Below, piece by piece: positions 23,763-36,511 of a stretch of 64,000 bases of DNA (position 1 is its first letter; each line of letters begins with the position of its first letter). A program made the translations under genes and the position numbers. The stretch is taken from the NCBI GenBank assembly GCA_030295235.1, contig AP026149.1, forward strand, positions 434,001 through 498,000, given 5' to 3'. A model generated the notes under the pieces. That model saw only the letters and a list, made by a program, of their open reading frames with translations. It did no database searches and had not been told where the DNA came from. Source of the stretch: Fistulifera solaris. Taxonomy: Eukaryota.

Positions 23763-25187
23763 TTAATATATTTCATATTCACACAATAGATCAGCATGTT
23801 TTGACAGTAGCAACGAAGAGCACTGAAAATCATTCAAAGCACGTCCCATCAAAGCAGTTGTCACGAGTAATAGTCGTTCAGACGTTGGCTTTACCGCTAA
23901 ATCCGAGCAGCACCGAACAAAGCGATTAAGCGAGTACAGCTCATCAACAAGACCTCCATCAGAATAAATGGATCCGTCTTCTCTGGTCACAATTATGTTG
24001 CAGTTGTGAGTTAGAAGTTGTCTAAGATCGGCAAAGTCGGGACCGAAAGAGGTATCAGGAACCGACAGTTGCAAGACGCGAAGGTTGATGTGATCTTTTA
24101 GACCTTGGAGAAGTGCGCCGACGTGAGAATCCCACTTCAGGTCACCCGCATCTGTACTTAAATCAAGAACCTGTAAGTTGATGTTCCCAATCGCGGCCTG
24201 AATCAGTGATTGTACAACACAACCGGGAATGTAGCCATAATTATCGTAAAAGCAAAAACTAATTTTCAGCTCTTCGAAATGCCCCATTGCAGCGATGCGC
24301 CGGAAAAGTGCCACCACAGGTTCAGTCGGAAAATCATCACTTTCATGTTCTATACTAAGAGCCAGCTTGCTGGGAACATTGTGTAGGGAGTTCAGATCGG
24401 CCTTCAACAGAGACGATGAGGAAATATCATAATCGAGATACTTTGCTTTTGTAGAAAACGGAAGAATACCTTCGTCCTCCAAACAATGTATACACAAACG
24501 CTCTATCATATCCAGTTGCAAAAGGCGCTGCAGATTGTCACGATTCAAGCCAGTAATGTTGATAAATCTCACGGTACCAAACAACGTCGTTCGCTTCTCA
24601 AGATAATCGAGAAACGCTGTGCCCTCGTCCTCCAACTCACAGTTGCTGAATGTCAAATGCACGACATGCGGTCTAGTCGCCAGGGTGATAGACTGCTGCG
24701 CACTTAACTTTAAGTTCTGGAATCGCACATGCCGTGTCGGAGCTGCCTCAAAAATCCGCGACAAGCACTCCGATTGGGCAGCGCGAAAATCAAAGCAGCG
24801 ATTCGAAGCATCAACAGAAAGTAAATCACTCTCCACTATAGGCTTCACCAAATTTAGAAATAATGCAGCCGTTTGTGAAATTGCCTCGTGAGTTCGACCA
24901 GTGATTCGCAAGGTAGCTCCTTTATCACGCAATTTCAACGTCAAAATTCTTGTTCTGGAAGCTCGTTGCTTCCGTACGGTGTGACATACGTGAGAGTGTT
25001 ATTCTCCCGCCAAATAGCCATACGGTGACTACACGAAATAAAAATCCTCTAAATCAAATTGTGTTCGAAGTAGTTTGTAGGTGGACGTTTCGCCTCCTTG
25101 ACGCCATCGTGCTAGTTGCTCGGGCTTACAAAGGCGCACTGGCATCATTTCGAAGACAGCGGCCCTGTCCTCGTTTTGCCCCGGCAT
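23763..25187 (-). CDS. Lineage-specific RNI/LRR-like protein, copy A; two homopolymer frameshifts in the 5' part
   Basis: 393-aa ORF plus upstream MPGQNED...KPEQLARW...MAIWRENNTLTYVTP, which matches copy B. Confidence 0.8.
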
Positions 25188-25597
25188 TGTTTGATGAAGG
25201 GGAGAGAGTCGAGTAGTTAGTTTACCTCAATTGTGTGTATTATATATAATAATCCTCACAAAATTGTTATCAATGGAGCCGCGTCTCATCTTATGGAGAG
25301 ACACATCACTCGTCACTCATCACGCTACAAAGTTTTTAAACCGAAAAGAAAGTGTCGGTGTATCATGCTGTGAATCAATGCCTTTGCAGTCCCGCCTGCG
25401 ACCTCAACAAAAAATGTGCGAGTTGTTGGTGACCACCGCAATCTATTTATAATGGGCCGAGGCTGCGTGTTATAAATATATCGTCTAGAAGCAGTTCGAG
25501 TCACAATAATAGTGAGAGGACTGGTTCTTTGTGCTGTATAATGTTTACAGTAATCTTGTCACGGTTCGAAACGCAGATCGAGCGTCTTGTGGAAATT

Positions 25598-27053
25598 TCA
25601 TGCAAATCGAATAAAGTCGTACAAAACATCAGCGTAGTCCGACAGCAAAAGTGCATTCCGCTGGAAATCGTTCAAGGCGCTGTGCACCAGAGCAGTCGCC
25701 ACTAGTAAGGGCCGCTCCAATTGTAGATCTAGTTTCGTCAACAAAGTTTTCGAACCAACATAGAAGCGGTTCAGCGAGTACTGCGCATCAACTAGGGCGC
25801 CATCCGAATAGAGAGCGCCATCAGCATCAGTCACAATAATGTTGCGGTTGTGAGAAATAAATTGAAGAAGATCACAGAAATCGGGACCGAACGCGGAAGT
25901 ATCAACAGAGAACTGTAAGGTATCAAGGTTCTCTTTGTCCTTCAAAGCCTCGAAAAGTGTCCCAAGATGCGGGCACCATGCATCATCTCCGTAATCGCTG
26001 GACAAATCGAGAACCTTTAGGTTGCGGTTCGAAAGGGCGGCTGCAATAACAGCGTGCACCACATTATCTTGTAAAAAATCATTGAAGTAGCAAAGTCGAA
26101 CTCCAAGTTCCTCAAAATGGCCTAGTTCAGCAATCCGATGAAGAAGGGAAAGCAAAGGTTCATATCGAATGGGTCCACCTTCATGCTCTATTGTGATGAT
26201 AAGTTTCTTGGGCGCGATAATCAAAGCACTCAAATCAGCGCCAAGCAGTTTTGACGAGGACATTGTAGAGTCAAGCGACGCTGCTCTTGTTGAGAAAGGA
26301 AGTAGGACAAGCTCGTCATTCAAGTCATTTATGGGTAATCCCAAATGTCCCACCGTGTCGATCTGCAAGAGGCGCCGAAAATTGTTTTCGTTCAACGGAA
26401 TACTTCCATTAAACGTCAATGACCCGAATGTTGATTTGCGCTGGACAAGTTCATCTAGAAATGCATTACCGCCATCTTCCAGTTCACAATCGATTAAAAG
26501 CAAACCCGTCTGGTGACTTCTGGAGGCTAATACACTCGATTGCTGTAAACTAAACCTTAGGCCTTTGAAATGTACCGAAGTTGACGGTCGTAACTCGAAC
26601 ATACGTTGTATCCAGTGCGTCCCAGCTTCACGAAAATCAAAGCCTACGTTAAGATAGCCGATAAAAACGGATGGATTTTTCTTCTGTTGGTTGCTCGAAG
26701 CTTAGAAAGAATGCCACCGTTTGCGCTACTGCATCATCCGTACTACCCGTGATTCTCAAGAAAGGACCGTCTTCGCGGAGCTTCAGTGTCAGAAAAGATC
26801 TAGATGGACCATCATGTCGATCACGATCACAATGTGGCGTTACGTAGGTTAGAGTTCCGTTGTCCCGCCAGATCGCCATGCAGAACTTGTGCTGGTTAAG
26901 CTCCTCCAGACTGATTGGGTTTCGCAATAGCCTGTAAGTAAATGCTTCTCCCGCGCGCTCCCAGTGAGCGACTTGTTCGGGCCTACAAAGGTGGGGAGGA
27001 ATCACTTCCAGTAAACAACTAAGACTGTTCTCGTTCTCGTTCTCGTTTGACAT
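25598..27053 (-). CDS. Lineage-specific RNI/LRR-like protein, copy B; one frameshift near 26665
   Basis: Colinear similarity to copy A throughout (LRITG, FDFR.A, CELEDGG.AF, GHFEEL, NLKVLDLS, FGPDF, YSLNRF, ALNDFQ). Confidence 0.8.
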
Positions 27054-27355
27054 GATTGCTGCGTGTGAATAATTTGATGCGACGACAAAAAATCGGCCGC
27101 ACATCCTCTCAACAAAAGATGCGGAGCTGCGCCCTGGAAAACAGGACGTCTTTGTGGGAAACACATTTAGAGACGCAGCGGTACGCACCTCCGGACTACT
27201 TTTTTGCTCATGTCTCAAAGGAGGGAGTCATGCGACGAGACTGGGACGGCGCGAATGGAAGGGCGAAGCCGCGCAATACCAGGTACTTGTAGTTTGTAGT
27301 TACTTAATTGTCTCTTCGCTGCATAATCATCGACACGAGCAAATTAGTTGAGGCC

Positions 27356-28137
27356 ATGCCTATTTGGAAGCGCTCTCGATCGTTGTGGGAAAAGGCTCGT
27401 CAAGAAAAGACTCTTCGCGATTACGCGACAGCCATACTTTACGAGTTGCAGCCCGTGCGTTCTACCACCTTACAACATCTGACTCTGGATTTCCGACACA
27501 ATGTGCTCCCCCAATTGCCTTCTCAATCACGAAAATTAGCATTCTTACTGGTGAACTTGATAAAATGGATCATGGCGTTTCTTTTCGTAATAAGATACAT
27601 GTAATCGGCTTGTTACTTTATTACGGAATGGTGCGATTGATTCATGAGCGGTTACAGGCGGGGCCGGCCGTTCTAATTGTGACTGCGTTGATTTGGATAT
27701 TCACAGCAGGACTGAGTGATGCGCCACGAGAAGGTTTGTCGGCGTACGCTGCATTCAACCGGGGTTTTGAGCGTCTCATGGGAGATGTCGATGCGGAGCA
27801 GTTGTTGGCGCAACACGTTGGTGGAGGAGGATTCATGTTAATGAATCATCAGAATGGCAACAACAACCATAGAAATGAAGATCGAGAGCCACGTCGACAG
27901 CGTGCAGTAGAGCGACCGCCCGCCGAGATAATACAGGAGGAGGGAGACGCTGCAGAAGGGCCCGATAATGTTGTGCGACGCAGAGGGAAGAGAGGACGCA
28001 AGCAAAGGCGGACGATTGAGCAACGTCGTGAACTACAACTTCAAAGGCAAGCAGCCCGTGAAATGGGCTTTGGGAATGGAGATGATCAAGAAGCTAGATT
28101 GCGGTTGTTAGAAGATGAAGTGGCGCGCGAAGATTAG
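27356..28137 (+). CDS. SAYSvFN-domain membrane protein; probable frameshift at the C run near 27510
   Basis: TM pair followed by GLSAYAAFNRGFERLMGDVDAEQL. Confidence 0.75.
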
Positions 28138-28187
28138 GCAGTCTTGTAAGCAAGTACGGATTTTTTAAAACGTGTTGGGAGACTTTT

Positions 28188-29111
28188 TTACCCTATAGTC
28201 AAAGGAATACCCAAATATAGTCTGACAAAGTCCAGTCCGCAGAGGATGATCATCGAATACCCAAAGCTCTCGACTATCGTCTCCCACAACGTGCGAGGAT
28301 TTCCGTTATCGACTTGATCATCAAAGGCAAAGAATGCGGGGAAGCTCACCAAAAAGTATATGGCGTAGAAAGCAGAACCCACCGTGTAAGCCATATACCG
28401 GTCTAAACAGCAACAGTTAGAGTTTACCATAAATCGAGAGTCAACCTTGATAACTTGCGTACCTTCAAAATCCCAGTATGGATAAGAGGAAATAGTCAAA
28501 GTCTCCATGAATGCTGTAAAGTAGCTAAAGGCAATGACAACGGATGTAAAGAGGACTTTGCGCCAGAATCCTTGTTGATAGTTCTTCACAACATAGCGCA
28601 GCAGTACGTTTGAAAAGTAATGATACGATGAAAAATAGAAATGCGTCGCCCCAAACATGGCAATCGGAACATTGTTGAGTCGGTGCGCTGGCATCGTGTA
28701 CTTTGCTTTTAGCACCGAATAGAAATAATGCGTGTACCAGTAATTTCCGATAAATGAGTAAATAGCAATCCAGACATTTGCTTTGAAACTGTATCGATGC
28801 CAGATAGGTCTGCTCTTGTCGGGCCCCGTCGGCCAAACAATCGGTTGTAATATGAGAGGCAATGCTAGACCGAAACACAATTGACTGTAATGAGGTGCGG
28901 TAAATTGTTCATAGATTTTTGTTATCACAACGATCCCGAAAATTCCCATCCAAACAGGAGAATAATATGCTACAAATTTCTCGTAAGCTTGTTTGGAGGG
29001 AGGAAGGACGTAGTGGGTGTTGTCTTCGGGCGTGGCTAGTTGCGCCAGGCCGACAATGCCTGCTAGCATAGTGCCTAAGATCATTGTCATTGTGACAGCA
29101 ACGTCGGGCAT
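28188..29111 (-). CDS. CPI1: Cycloeucalenol cycloisomerase (cyclopropyl sterol isomerase)
   Basis: KANVWIAIYSFIGNYWYTHYF, RLNNVPI, TAFMETLTI, VGSAFYAIYFLVSFP; 60-nt in-frame intron 28403-28462 gives FEDRYMAY. Confidence 0.92.
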   Translation of the reverse strand: MPDVAVTMTMILGTMLAGIVGLAQLATPEDNTHYVLPPSKQAYEKFVAYYSPVWMGIFGIVVITKIYEQFTAPHYSQLCFGLALPLILQPIVWPTGPDKSRPIWHRYSFKANVWIAIYSFIGNYWYTHYFYSVLKAKYTMPAHRLNNVPIAMFGATHFYFSSYHYFSNVLLRYVVKNYQQGFWRKVLFTSVVIAFSYFTAFMETLTISSYPYWDFEGTQVIKVDSRFMVNSNCCCLDRYMAYTVGSAFYAIYFLVSFPAFFAFDDQVDNGNPRTLWETIVESFGYSMIILCGLDFVRLYLGIPLTIG

Positions 29112-29619
29112 GCTGAATCTTTATTTTTTAGTAAAAACGCTAGAAGAATTCGATTGTTGGGTTGTCAATATGTAAAGCGAAGGAGGATTGATGATTATGT
29201 GCTCTATTCGTCGAGATGAGTACCTGATGGCAGGAAAAATGACGCAAAAAATGAAACGACAACATACATGGTACTCGTGACTCACTACAAAAATTTAGTC
29301 GGGGAACAGCGTGAACGAACACATTGGGACTAAAGCGAATGCATCGGCTCGATTAAATTTCCGTTTTGATATATATATCCGTTGAAAAGAATCAACGGAT
29401 ATTAGTTATTTTTATTTAGCTAAAACGGGGAGGAGTTTCGAAACAGAAAAATGGCTGAAAAGTGAAGCCGCGTGCCGCCTTACCGACCATTATTCCTTCA
29501 TCGTGCTTGTATACTGCTCAAATACCAGGTAACGCAGAACATCTTACTGTTCTTCATTCTCGCTCGCACGAGTGCTCTCCTGCATTATTCAAATAGGTTA
29601 ACAATAAGATTATTCTATC

Positions 29620-31026
29620 ATGGGCTACCGCTTTCCGACAGAACACGGCTTGCTGGCTATGCTGATCTTTGCCGTCGCTACAATGGTCTTTGCCATGTTC
29701 GCCATCTACGCATTGTTGTTGCAAATGGAATATCAGAAGAGTCTATCTTTCTTTGTAGACGAGAAACTGGATTTGGAAGAGGAAATCGACAACACGAAAG
29801 GAGGAGAGAGTGATGCCGAGAAGCAGAAAAAGAACGAACAAGTCACGGCCCGCTATCGAGTCTCCAAATTGCGCCGCGTGATTCTGTTCAGCACCGTCTC
29901 TTTGATCACCCTTCTCACTTATTTGTTGCTCGTTCGCACGGACGCCCCCTCTTGGCTCGCGTGGATTGGTATGGGGGCGATTCTTCTGGTGTTGTTGAGC
30001 ACTTATCTCCTGGATGAGATTCGTCGCAAGCGATTCGACCGACTTTTCGCGATTCTGACCATGATTCTAGTCCTGGCTATGGCAATGCATTGGGCGGTCT
30101 ATGCACAACAGCAAGTAGCAAATGGTCAAATCCATCAAGGCACAGCACGGATTACTGGATACGATAGAACTGCTTACGATCAAACGAAAGGAGCAGAGAG
30201 TGTTTCTAGAACGGACTTGGTCGTCGCATGGGGTGGTTCCTGGGGATGCCCCAGCTCCCCTGATATCTTCTGTGAGGCAGAATTGAAAGGCGCACTTTGC
30301 GAAACAGGCAAAAATCGATTTCTGGAAGAAGGTAAGGATGTGCAGGAAGTGGAGGACGCCGAAGCAGCCGCAGAAGAAGACGTCGAGGGGGACGCTGCAG
30401 CTGGTGAGAATGTAGATGCAGGGGCAAATAGCAATAACGTGGACGCGGAACAAGACGAAGTAGGCAATGATGAAGGTGAGGGTGATGTAGCAGATGAAAT
30501 GGAACAACTTGAGCAGGAAAATGAAGAGCTTCGAGAAGAAAATTATGGCTATGAAGAAGAAGTTGAAGCTTATGAGGATTATGCAGAAGAAGTAACCGAA
30601 GCACTTGAGGATGAATACGCTAAGGAATACACCTATTACTACGACGATGACTATTACGAGGACTCATATTGGGACACACAAGATTGGAATAGCATCTGGG
30701 GAGACTACGCTTGCGTTGATGTCTTCACCTTTGAAAATTTCGATGAGGGTCTATACAACGCGACAACACCCCCTGGAGACGACGGCTGGCCATTTGTCAA
30801 CATATACGGAAATTGCAAGACATGTGAGGCTTACATTATTGACTATTTCAGCACCGCGCACTTTGAAGAAATCGAGTCGCGCAAGAAGGGTGCAAGAAAC
30901 TACGGACTCGCTGCAGGTCTTAGCCTTGTTATCACTATTATCTTCGCGATCAAGCAGCGCATCAGTCCTGCCACGGACAACGAGATCGAGCTCCTATCTA
31001 GGCATGGAACCACATCGTTTGCATAG
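29620..31026 (+). CDS. Hypothetical multi-pass membrane protein with an acidic, Cys-containing loop
   Basis: 468-aa ORF with 4 N-terminal TM segments, an E/D/Y-rich loop and a C-terminal TM. Confidence 0.75.
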   Translation: MGYRFPTEHGLLAMLIFAVATMVFAMFAIYALLLQMEYQKSLSFFVDEKLDLEEEIDNTKGGESDAEKQKKNEQVTARYRVSKLRRVILFSTVSLITLLTYLLLVRTDAPSWLAWIGMGAILLVLLSTYLLDEIRRKRFDRLFAILTMILVLAMAMHWAVYAQQQVANGQIHQGTARITGYDRTAYDQTKGAESVSRTDLVVAWGGSWGCPSSPDIFCEAELKGALCETGKNRFLEEGKDVQEVEDAEAAAEEDVEGDAAAGENVDAGANSNNVDAEQDEVGNDEGEGDVADEMEQLEQENEELREENYGYEEEVEAYEDYAEEVTEALEDEYAKEYTYYYDDDYYEDSYWDTQDWNSIWGDYACVDVFTFENFDEGLYNATTPPGDDGWPFVNIYGNCKTCEAYIIDYFSTAHFEEIESRKKGARNYGLAAGLSLVITIIFAIKQRISPATDNEIELLSRHGTTSFA

Positions 31027-31163
31027 AGAAAATTGTTTACATCAGTCACAAACCTTTTTGAGAAAACATACAAACTGATTGTAATGTTAATCTATGATAC
31101 CATGAAGCCTAGCATTTGCGAGTAGCCCGCGGCATGTACTTTATGTGCATCATTTGAAGCCGT

Positions 31164-32560
31164 TTAGCTCACATCCGACTCTACCATGCCAGAAACAAAG
31201 CCAAATGGACAGGACGACTTTGCCTTTTTGAAAGTTTTAGTCATCCGCTTTGAGTGAGCATTCTCCCAGTTTTGAAAGTACCGTTCGATCCTACTCCTAT
31301 GGAACTCTACCACCAAGGATCTGACAGGCGACCACGGTAAACTTGCCATTGTGTAGATGAAAATCACTGCGTTATAGATGGACATAAAGACACCCATTCT
31401 CAGACGACCAAGCCACGTAGGATGGTAAGGCAATTTCAAAGCATCCGCCAACGGATCGCCGATTAATTGCCGACATCGGGCAGCCCTAACATAGAACCAA
31501 TCATCTTCTCTCTTGGAGAATTTCTCGTTCTCTAATGTACGTCCAATATGAAGCAAGTGATGCGCGATTCGGATGGACGAATCGTCAGGTTTCATCAAGT
31601 GAAGCAGAATGCTACTAAAGACTGCTTTGCTGTGTTCCAGAGGGTCGGGTCTACTCCTATCCCAACCGGGTCCAAGTGGATCAATGTTTCTCTCCTTGTG
31701 CGTCTCGTTCACGTGCACACCGAGAAGCCAGCCTATATACCTCCAAAGCGCCGTGTAGTCCAACCGTTCGGCGTCACTCAGCGGTCTTCCTAAAGTGATT
31801 TCCACTCCTAAAAGACTATTGTGAGAAAATGCCAGTAGCGTAGCTGCCATATCTTCTTGATTGATCGGGATTCCATTCTTTTTTCGATCCCATCGTTGGC
31901 TTCTCATCAATCGATCTCGCACCTTGGCGTGTAGAAATCGAACCTGCAGACATGCTTCCCAGCCTTTGCCATTCGGCAGAATAGACTCCATGGAAAGCAT
32001 ACACGCCAATACCATCCCGGCTGTATCGGAAAGTCGATTCATGACACTTTCTCGACTTGAGGGGGGAGTCAAGTAACCTGTGGCTTGCAAGACAGCGGCA
32101 ATCTTGGGCAAGGAGAAACCTGGAACCAGAGATCGGTAGTAGAGACTCATACTCATGGCCGGTGTATAGGCAAGATAGACTCGCTGACCTCGTTCCAGTT
32201 GCTGGGTATCGACCCAATCAGGTACCTTTGAGTACTTCTCGACCAATTTTGACATTTTGTCATCCGCCATCGATGGTTCGACTTTCTTAATGTCAATGTT
32301 GTCGTGGGCTGATCGGGCCATGCTTAAAAGATCGTCGTACGGTCGGATGGGTCGCTGCTCTTTACGTAGCAAAGTGAATATCTCATCGACAAGAGGATCA
32401 CCTTCCATTCGAAATGGCTCCAGATCATCCTCAGTGAAATAACGCCCACCATCCAAGATACTATGAAAAGAACTTTCACACCATACAGATCGACCAGCTG
32501 TGATTTCGGTGGATAGTTTTTGGGGGGTTGAAGGGAAGCCAAATTAAGCGCATCAAACAT
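31164..32560 (-). CDS. MpaB/rubber-oxygenase-like (DUF2236) heme protein; N-terminal frameshift
   Basis: PDWVD..QLERGQ, VLQATGYL, RLSDT, QVRFLHAKVR, PINQEDMAATLLAF, WRYIGWLLGV. Confidence 0.85.
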
Positions 32561-32873
32561 GATTGCGATAAAGTAACGCTAGTGAAAAATGAATGGAAGG
32601 CGTTCATTGTTAATTGTTTCGAATCAATTCGTTGCAGTGATACCATTTGTTTTTTTTTCCTTGCTCTTTCGATTTCAATGAGTCATTCGGTTTATGGCTT
32701 CGCAACCTGAGAGAACGAAAAAAAAACACAATTCTAGCTCGTGACTCGCATTTAAGTCTTAGTTGGACGTTGGACAAAGGGCGTATAGACTATAGGGTAG
32801 GTAGACTTAGGTTGAATGTTAACCAGTAAAATAGATAGTAATATTCTAAATGTCTAACGTGTTCGCCGAAAAA

Positions 32874-33890
32874 CTAATATTCGGACTCTTTTCCAAGATA
32901 TTCTGTCATCAACGACATATCCAGTCGTCTTCCGTTCGATTTCCAAGGGAGCGCATCAATATGTTGGGGGCTGATTTCTGGATGCTCTTTTAAAATGAAT
33001 CGTTTCATATCTTGTCGATTAGGTTGACCTGTCCGACCATACCACTTCAAACATTTCACAATGACTTCGGGAGACGTGCCAACCTCGAACGGACTCGTCG
33101 ACGGATCGGGCAATGTACTGGCTGATGTACTGCAGGTAGAAGCGGAGCCCAGGTTGATTTTCTTGTTCATGCCAAAGTTCAAAGATGAATGAACTGTGAC
33201 CATGTTGCATTCGCTTTCACTATCCGCGAGGTCAAGAATACATATGCTTTCCTCATCGCAACTATCATTTGCCGTCAAATCAAGACTATCGAGTGTTCGC
33301 GGTGAATGATGTAGTTTCCGACTCCATTTTCCTTCCAGTGCCTCTACGTATGCATCGTCAAACGCTCCACGTACAATCCAGTACGTGCTATAGAAAGCGG
33401 ATATCTCTGCATTGAGAGTATGCAGCATGCCGTGCCTTTCGTGCCTTTCATGCATTTCAGGTTTCGCAAGGTTTCCCCCAAAATGAACCTTGATGGCCTC
33501 ATGCCAAGAGAAGAGCCTTTCACACAGGGTAAAATCATCGGCAACTAAAAAATAACTGATGATCTTTGGATCGCATTCATTGATGTCCTTGAGATAACGA
33601 GCCACTTGGCTCATTGTGTGGGAAAGGTTGTTGTCGAGTGGAGCAGTATTTCGGACACTAGTATTAGATGTGACAGCATTAGAAGCTGCCAAATATTGAA
33701 TTGCATCCGATAATGCTCGAGACAGGCAATCATATTTTGTTTGGGCAAGCCTTCTTGTTTCGTCGTCGAGTAAATGTCTAACATCGTCAAGGAATCCTTG
33801 GCGCCAACATCGGAATGACTCAAGCGATGAATTGCTCATGATTTTCCCGTGCATGGAATCGCTCATAGCTCTTTTTCGCAGCTCTTGCAT
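32874..33890 (-). CDS. Hypothetical protein
   Basis: 338-aa ORF; C-terminal WYGRTGQP.R..MKR...IDALPW resembles a diatom-type motif. Confidence 0.65.
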   Translation of the reverse strand: MQELRKRAMSDSMHGKIMSNSSLESFRCWRQGFLDDVRHLLDDETRRLAQTKYDCLSRALSDAIQYLAASNAVTSNTSVRNTAPLDNNLSHTMSQVARYLKDINECDPKIISYFLVADDFTLCERLFSWHEAIKVHFGGNLAKPEMHERHERHGMLHTLNAEISAFYSTYWIVRGAFDDAYVEALEGKWSRKLHHSPRTLDSLDLTANDSCDEESICILDLADSESECNMVTVHSSLNFGMNKKINLGSASTCSTSASTLPDPSTSPFEVGTSPEVIVKCLKWYGRTGQPNRQDMKRFILKEHPEISPQHIDALPWKSNGRRLDMSLMTEYLGKESEY

Positions 33891-34044
33891 TAATTGTTAA
33901 TTTTGGTTGATCGATATGCGGTAATAATGGACGAAGATTGAGAATTATGATCGTGATGAAACAAGAATCCTATCAATAAGATCGACAAATGGATGAGACG
34001 TGAGATTTCTATGCCTTTGGCGCGCTCTTCTGGCAACCCGACCG

Positions 34045-34072
34045 GGTACCGGTACCGGTACCGGTACCTAGT
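34045..34072. repeat. (GGTACC)n palindromic microsatellite
   Basis: GGTACCGGTACCGGTACCGGTACCTAGTAC; a related run lies at 3246-3275. Confidence 0.9.
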
Positions 34073-34710
34073 ACGTTACCCTTGCGTCTTTGACCAAGAG
34101 CCAAAGAGCTCGCGCTTCGCGTTCCTGTAGAAAGTTGAAGTTTCATACGTACTTTAAAGCATATATGCAAGTTTCAGTGATTGTTTTGTATCCGCTGATA
34201 AGTGATAAGTCGTCGACGGGAACGGAAAGTACACTCTAGAGATACAACGAGAAAATACGAAATCATTCATGAGTGAAAAGTGAAAATAAAATATGTTCTC
34301 AGTACAGACTTTGTTATAAATTTACCAGTGACGCTTTAATGCACAATAAAGTTACTGTATAAGTAAAAACCGGGTCTGACTATGTGTAGTTGTGTTGCGC
34401 TGTTCTAAAACCGTCCACCGTGTACCGTGTAACCTCTCGGTTGTGTGTGAATGGAAATCGGAATATGAATTAATGCAGAATGCAGAGTAGAGAGATACAT
34501 TAGGAATTAGGAAGGAAAAAGTCGCTTGACCAGAAAGGGTTGAGGTTGAAGGGAGAATAATACATCATCATGATTGGGCAAGACGTGGGAGTCATGAGTC
34601 ATGAAGCACAATGAGTTATGAGCATTCTCTTTGCTCTCATCATAACTGACCATCATGAAGACACATGATCTCGCTAAAGGCGTCGGTTTTAATTACCGTA
34701 ATATAAAACA

Positions 34711-36508
34711 ATGAATATGAAATGGCCGAATCATCTATTAGTGACGGCATCTTTCGCTCAATCTTTGGCGTTTCTTCCTCCTCCCTTAACCTCGACGACC
34801 TTGTCGCAAGAAATATCTTCCAGTTCACAACTCCATGATTCGATTGCCCTTACTCGATCAAAGCAAGTCCTAGAAGTAGTTGTTGAAGATGTACTGCGTC
34901 CTTTTCTCGTGTCAACGATAGCTCACGGAATACCACGTAGTTGGGAGCACTTCTGGACGGTCGAAACCTTCAATCGAACGAACGCTCAACATCTCGTTCA
35001 TGCACTCGAAAGACTGGGACCGACGTATGTTAAATTCGGACAAGCTTTATCAACGCGACAAGATGTTGTTCCTCGACCACTCGCGGATGCACTGGAAAAA
35101 CTTCAACACGACATGGCTCCGTTCGATAATGATGAAGCTCGAGATATCCTTCGGAAAGAGTTAGGCCAAGTACTTTCTACAGAGCAATTGACTGCATTTT
35201 TGTCAAGTTTGTCGAAAGAACCAGTCGCTGCTGCGAGCATTGGTCAAGTCTATAAGGGATATTTGCCAGACAGGGGGCATGTGGCTGTAAAGATTCAAAG
35301 GCCGCTTGTTCGGTCTGTCGTCGAACAGGATTCCGCCATGTTGAGACAAATAGCCACTTGGGTTGAAGCCATACCCGGAATACCCGCGTCGAATCAGGAC
35401 TCTTTGATTGCTACAAAATTGGTCGCTGCAGTAGATGAGTTCATGGCGAGAGTCATGGAAGAATTGGACTACCAGAATGAAGCCGGTAATATGGAAAAAT
35501 TTGCGGAGCTGTATTGTTATCGCAATGGGATTTTTCCAGATGTCAACGTCGTCGTGCCGATCCTCTATAGGGATCTGTGTACGAGCTCCATACTGGTGAT
35601 GGAATGGATTGAAGGCGAAAAATTATCAAGTGTTGGCAACTCGACTATTATGGACGAAAGCACCCGTGCAGAGAATCTGGCGATGGTGGAAGCAGGTATT
35701 GCCGCGACTCTCTCACAGCTTTTGGGGACAGGACTGATGCACGCGGATCCACATACTGGTAATTTGTTGAAAGTACAGACAGATGAAGGACTATTGCTTG
35801 GTTTCCTAGATTTTGGTATGCTAAGCACAGTGCCGGAGAATGTACGGGACGCTCTTGTGTGCGCGGTTGCACAGCTGGTATTCGCCCGTGATACACAGGC
35901 TGTTGCTGATCTATTTGGAGAACTCGATCTTATACCTGGCACTGTTATGAACGATTCTACCAAGCGCTTGGCTCTGGCTCAAGCGCTAGATGCTGTTTTC
36001 CGTGATATTCTTTTGTATCCCGATGAAGCCTCAACAGACGGAACCACTCTTGTTCCCGTGTTGCGTTTTGATAAATTACTCGCCGGGCTATCTTTGCTTG
36101 TTGCACGATTCCAATTCACATTACCCCCATACTTTTTGAATAATGCACGCGCATTAGGTACATTGGAAGGCTTAGCACGAAAGCTTGACCCATCATTCAA
36201 CTCCTTGCAAGCGCTATACCCTTATGCGTTGAACCGTATTCTGCGGAACCCGTCCACGAGCCCTATTGTCGAGCATACTTTGCTCAGTCTAATTCGAAAT
36301 CGCGTGTCAGGAAAGTTCGACCGCGATCGGATAAGAAAAGCTGCTTGCTGATACGTGTCTTCTCTCCGGTAAAAGTCGAAGGCAAGTGATCGCTGATGTA
36401 CTTACCTCCAAATCAGGCCGGAAAATTGCGCGAGCCGCTGCCAAAGAGTCAATTCTTAATGGCATGCATGAGAATCGGCGAAGGAGGCGTCTTTTATTTC
36501 AGTTATAA
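34711..36508 (+). CDS. ABC1/UbiB atypical kinase, probably plastid-targeted; 3' homopolymer frameshift
   Basis: LGPTYVKFGQALSTR, AAASIGQVY, VAVKIQRP, HADPHTGN, LDFGM; removing one A near 36338 extends the frame (RKLLADT...) to TAA at 36508. Confidence 0.9.
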
Positions 36509-36511
36509 CAT

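Noticed and set aside
14523..32560. Sterol gene cluster (Patched-like, CPI1, MpaB-like)
   Set aside because: Separated by many unrelated genes; no evidence of co-regulation
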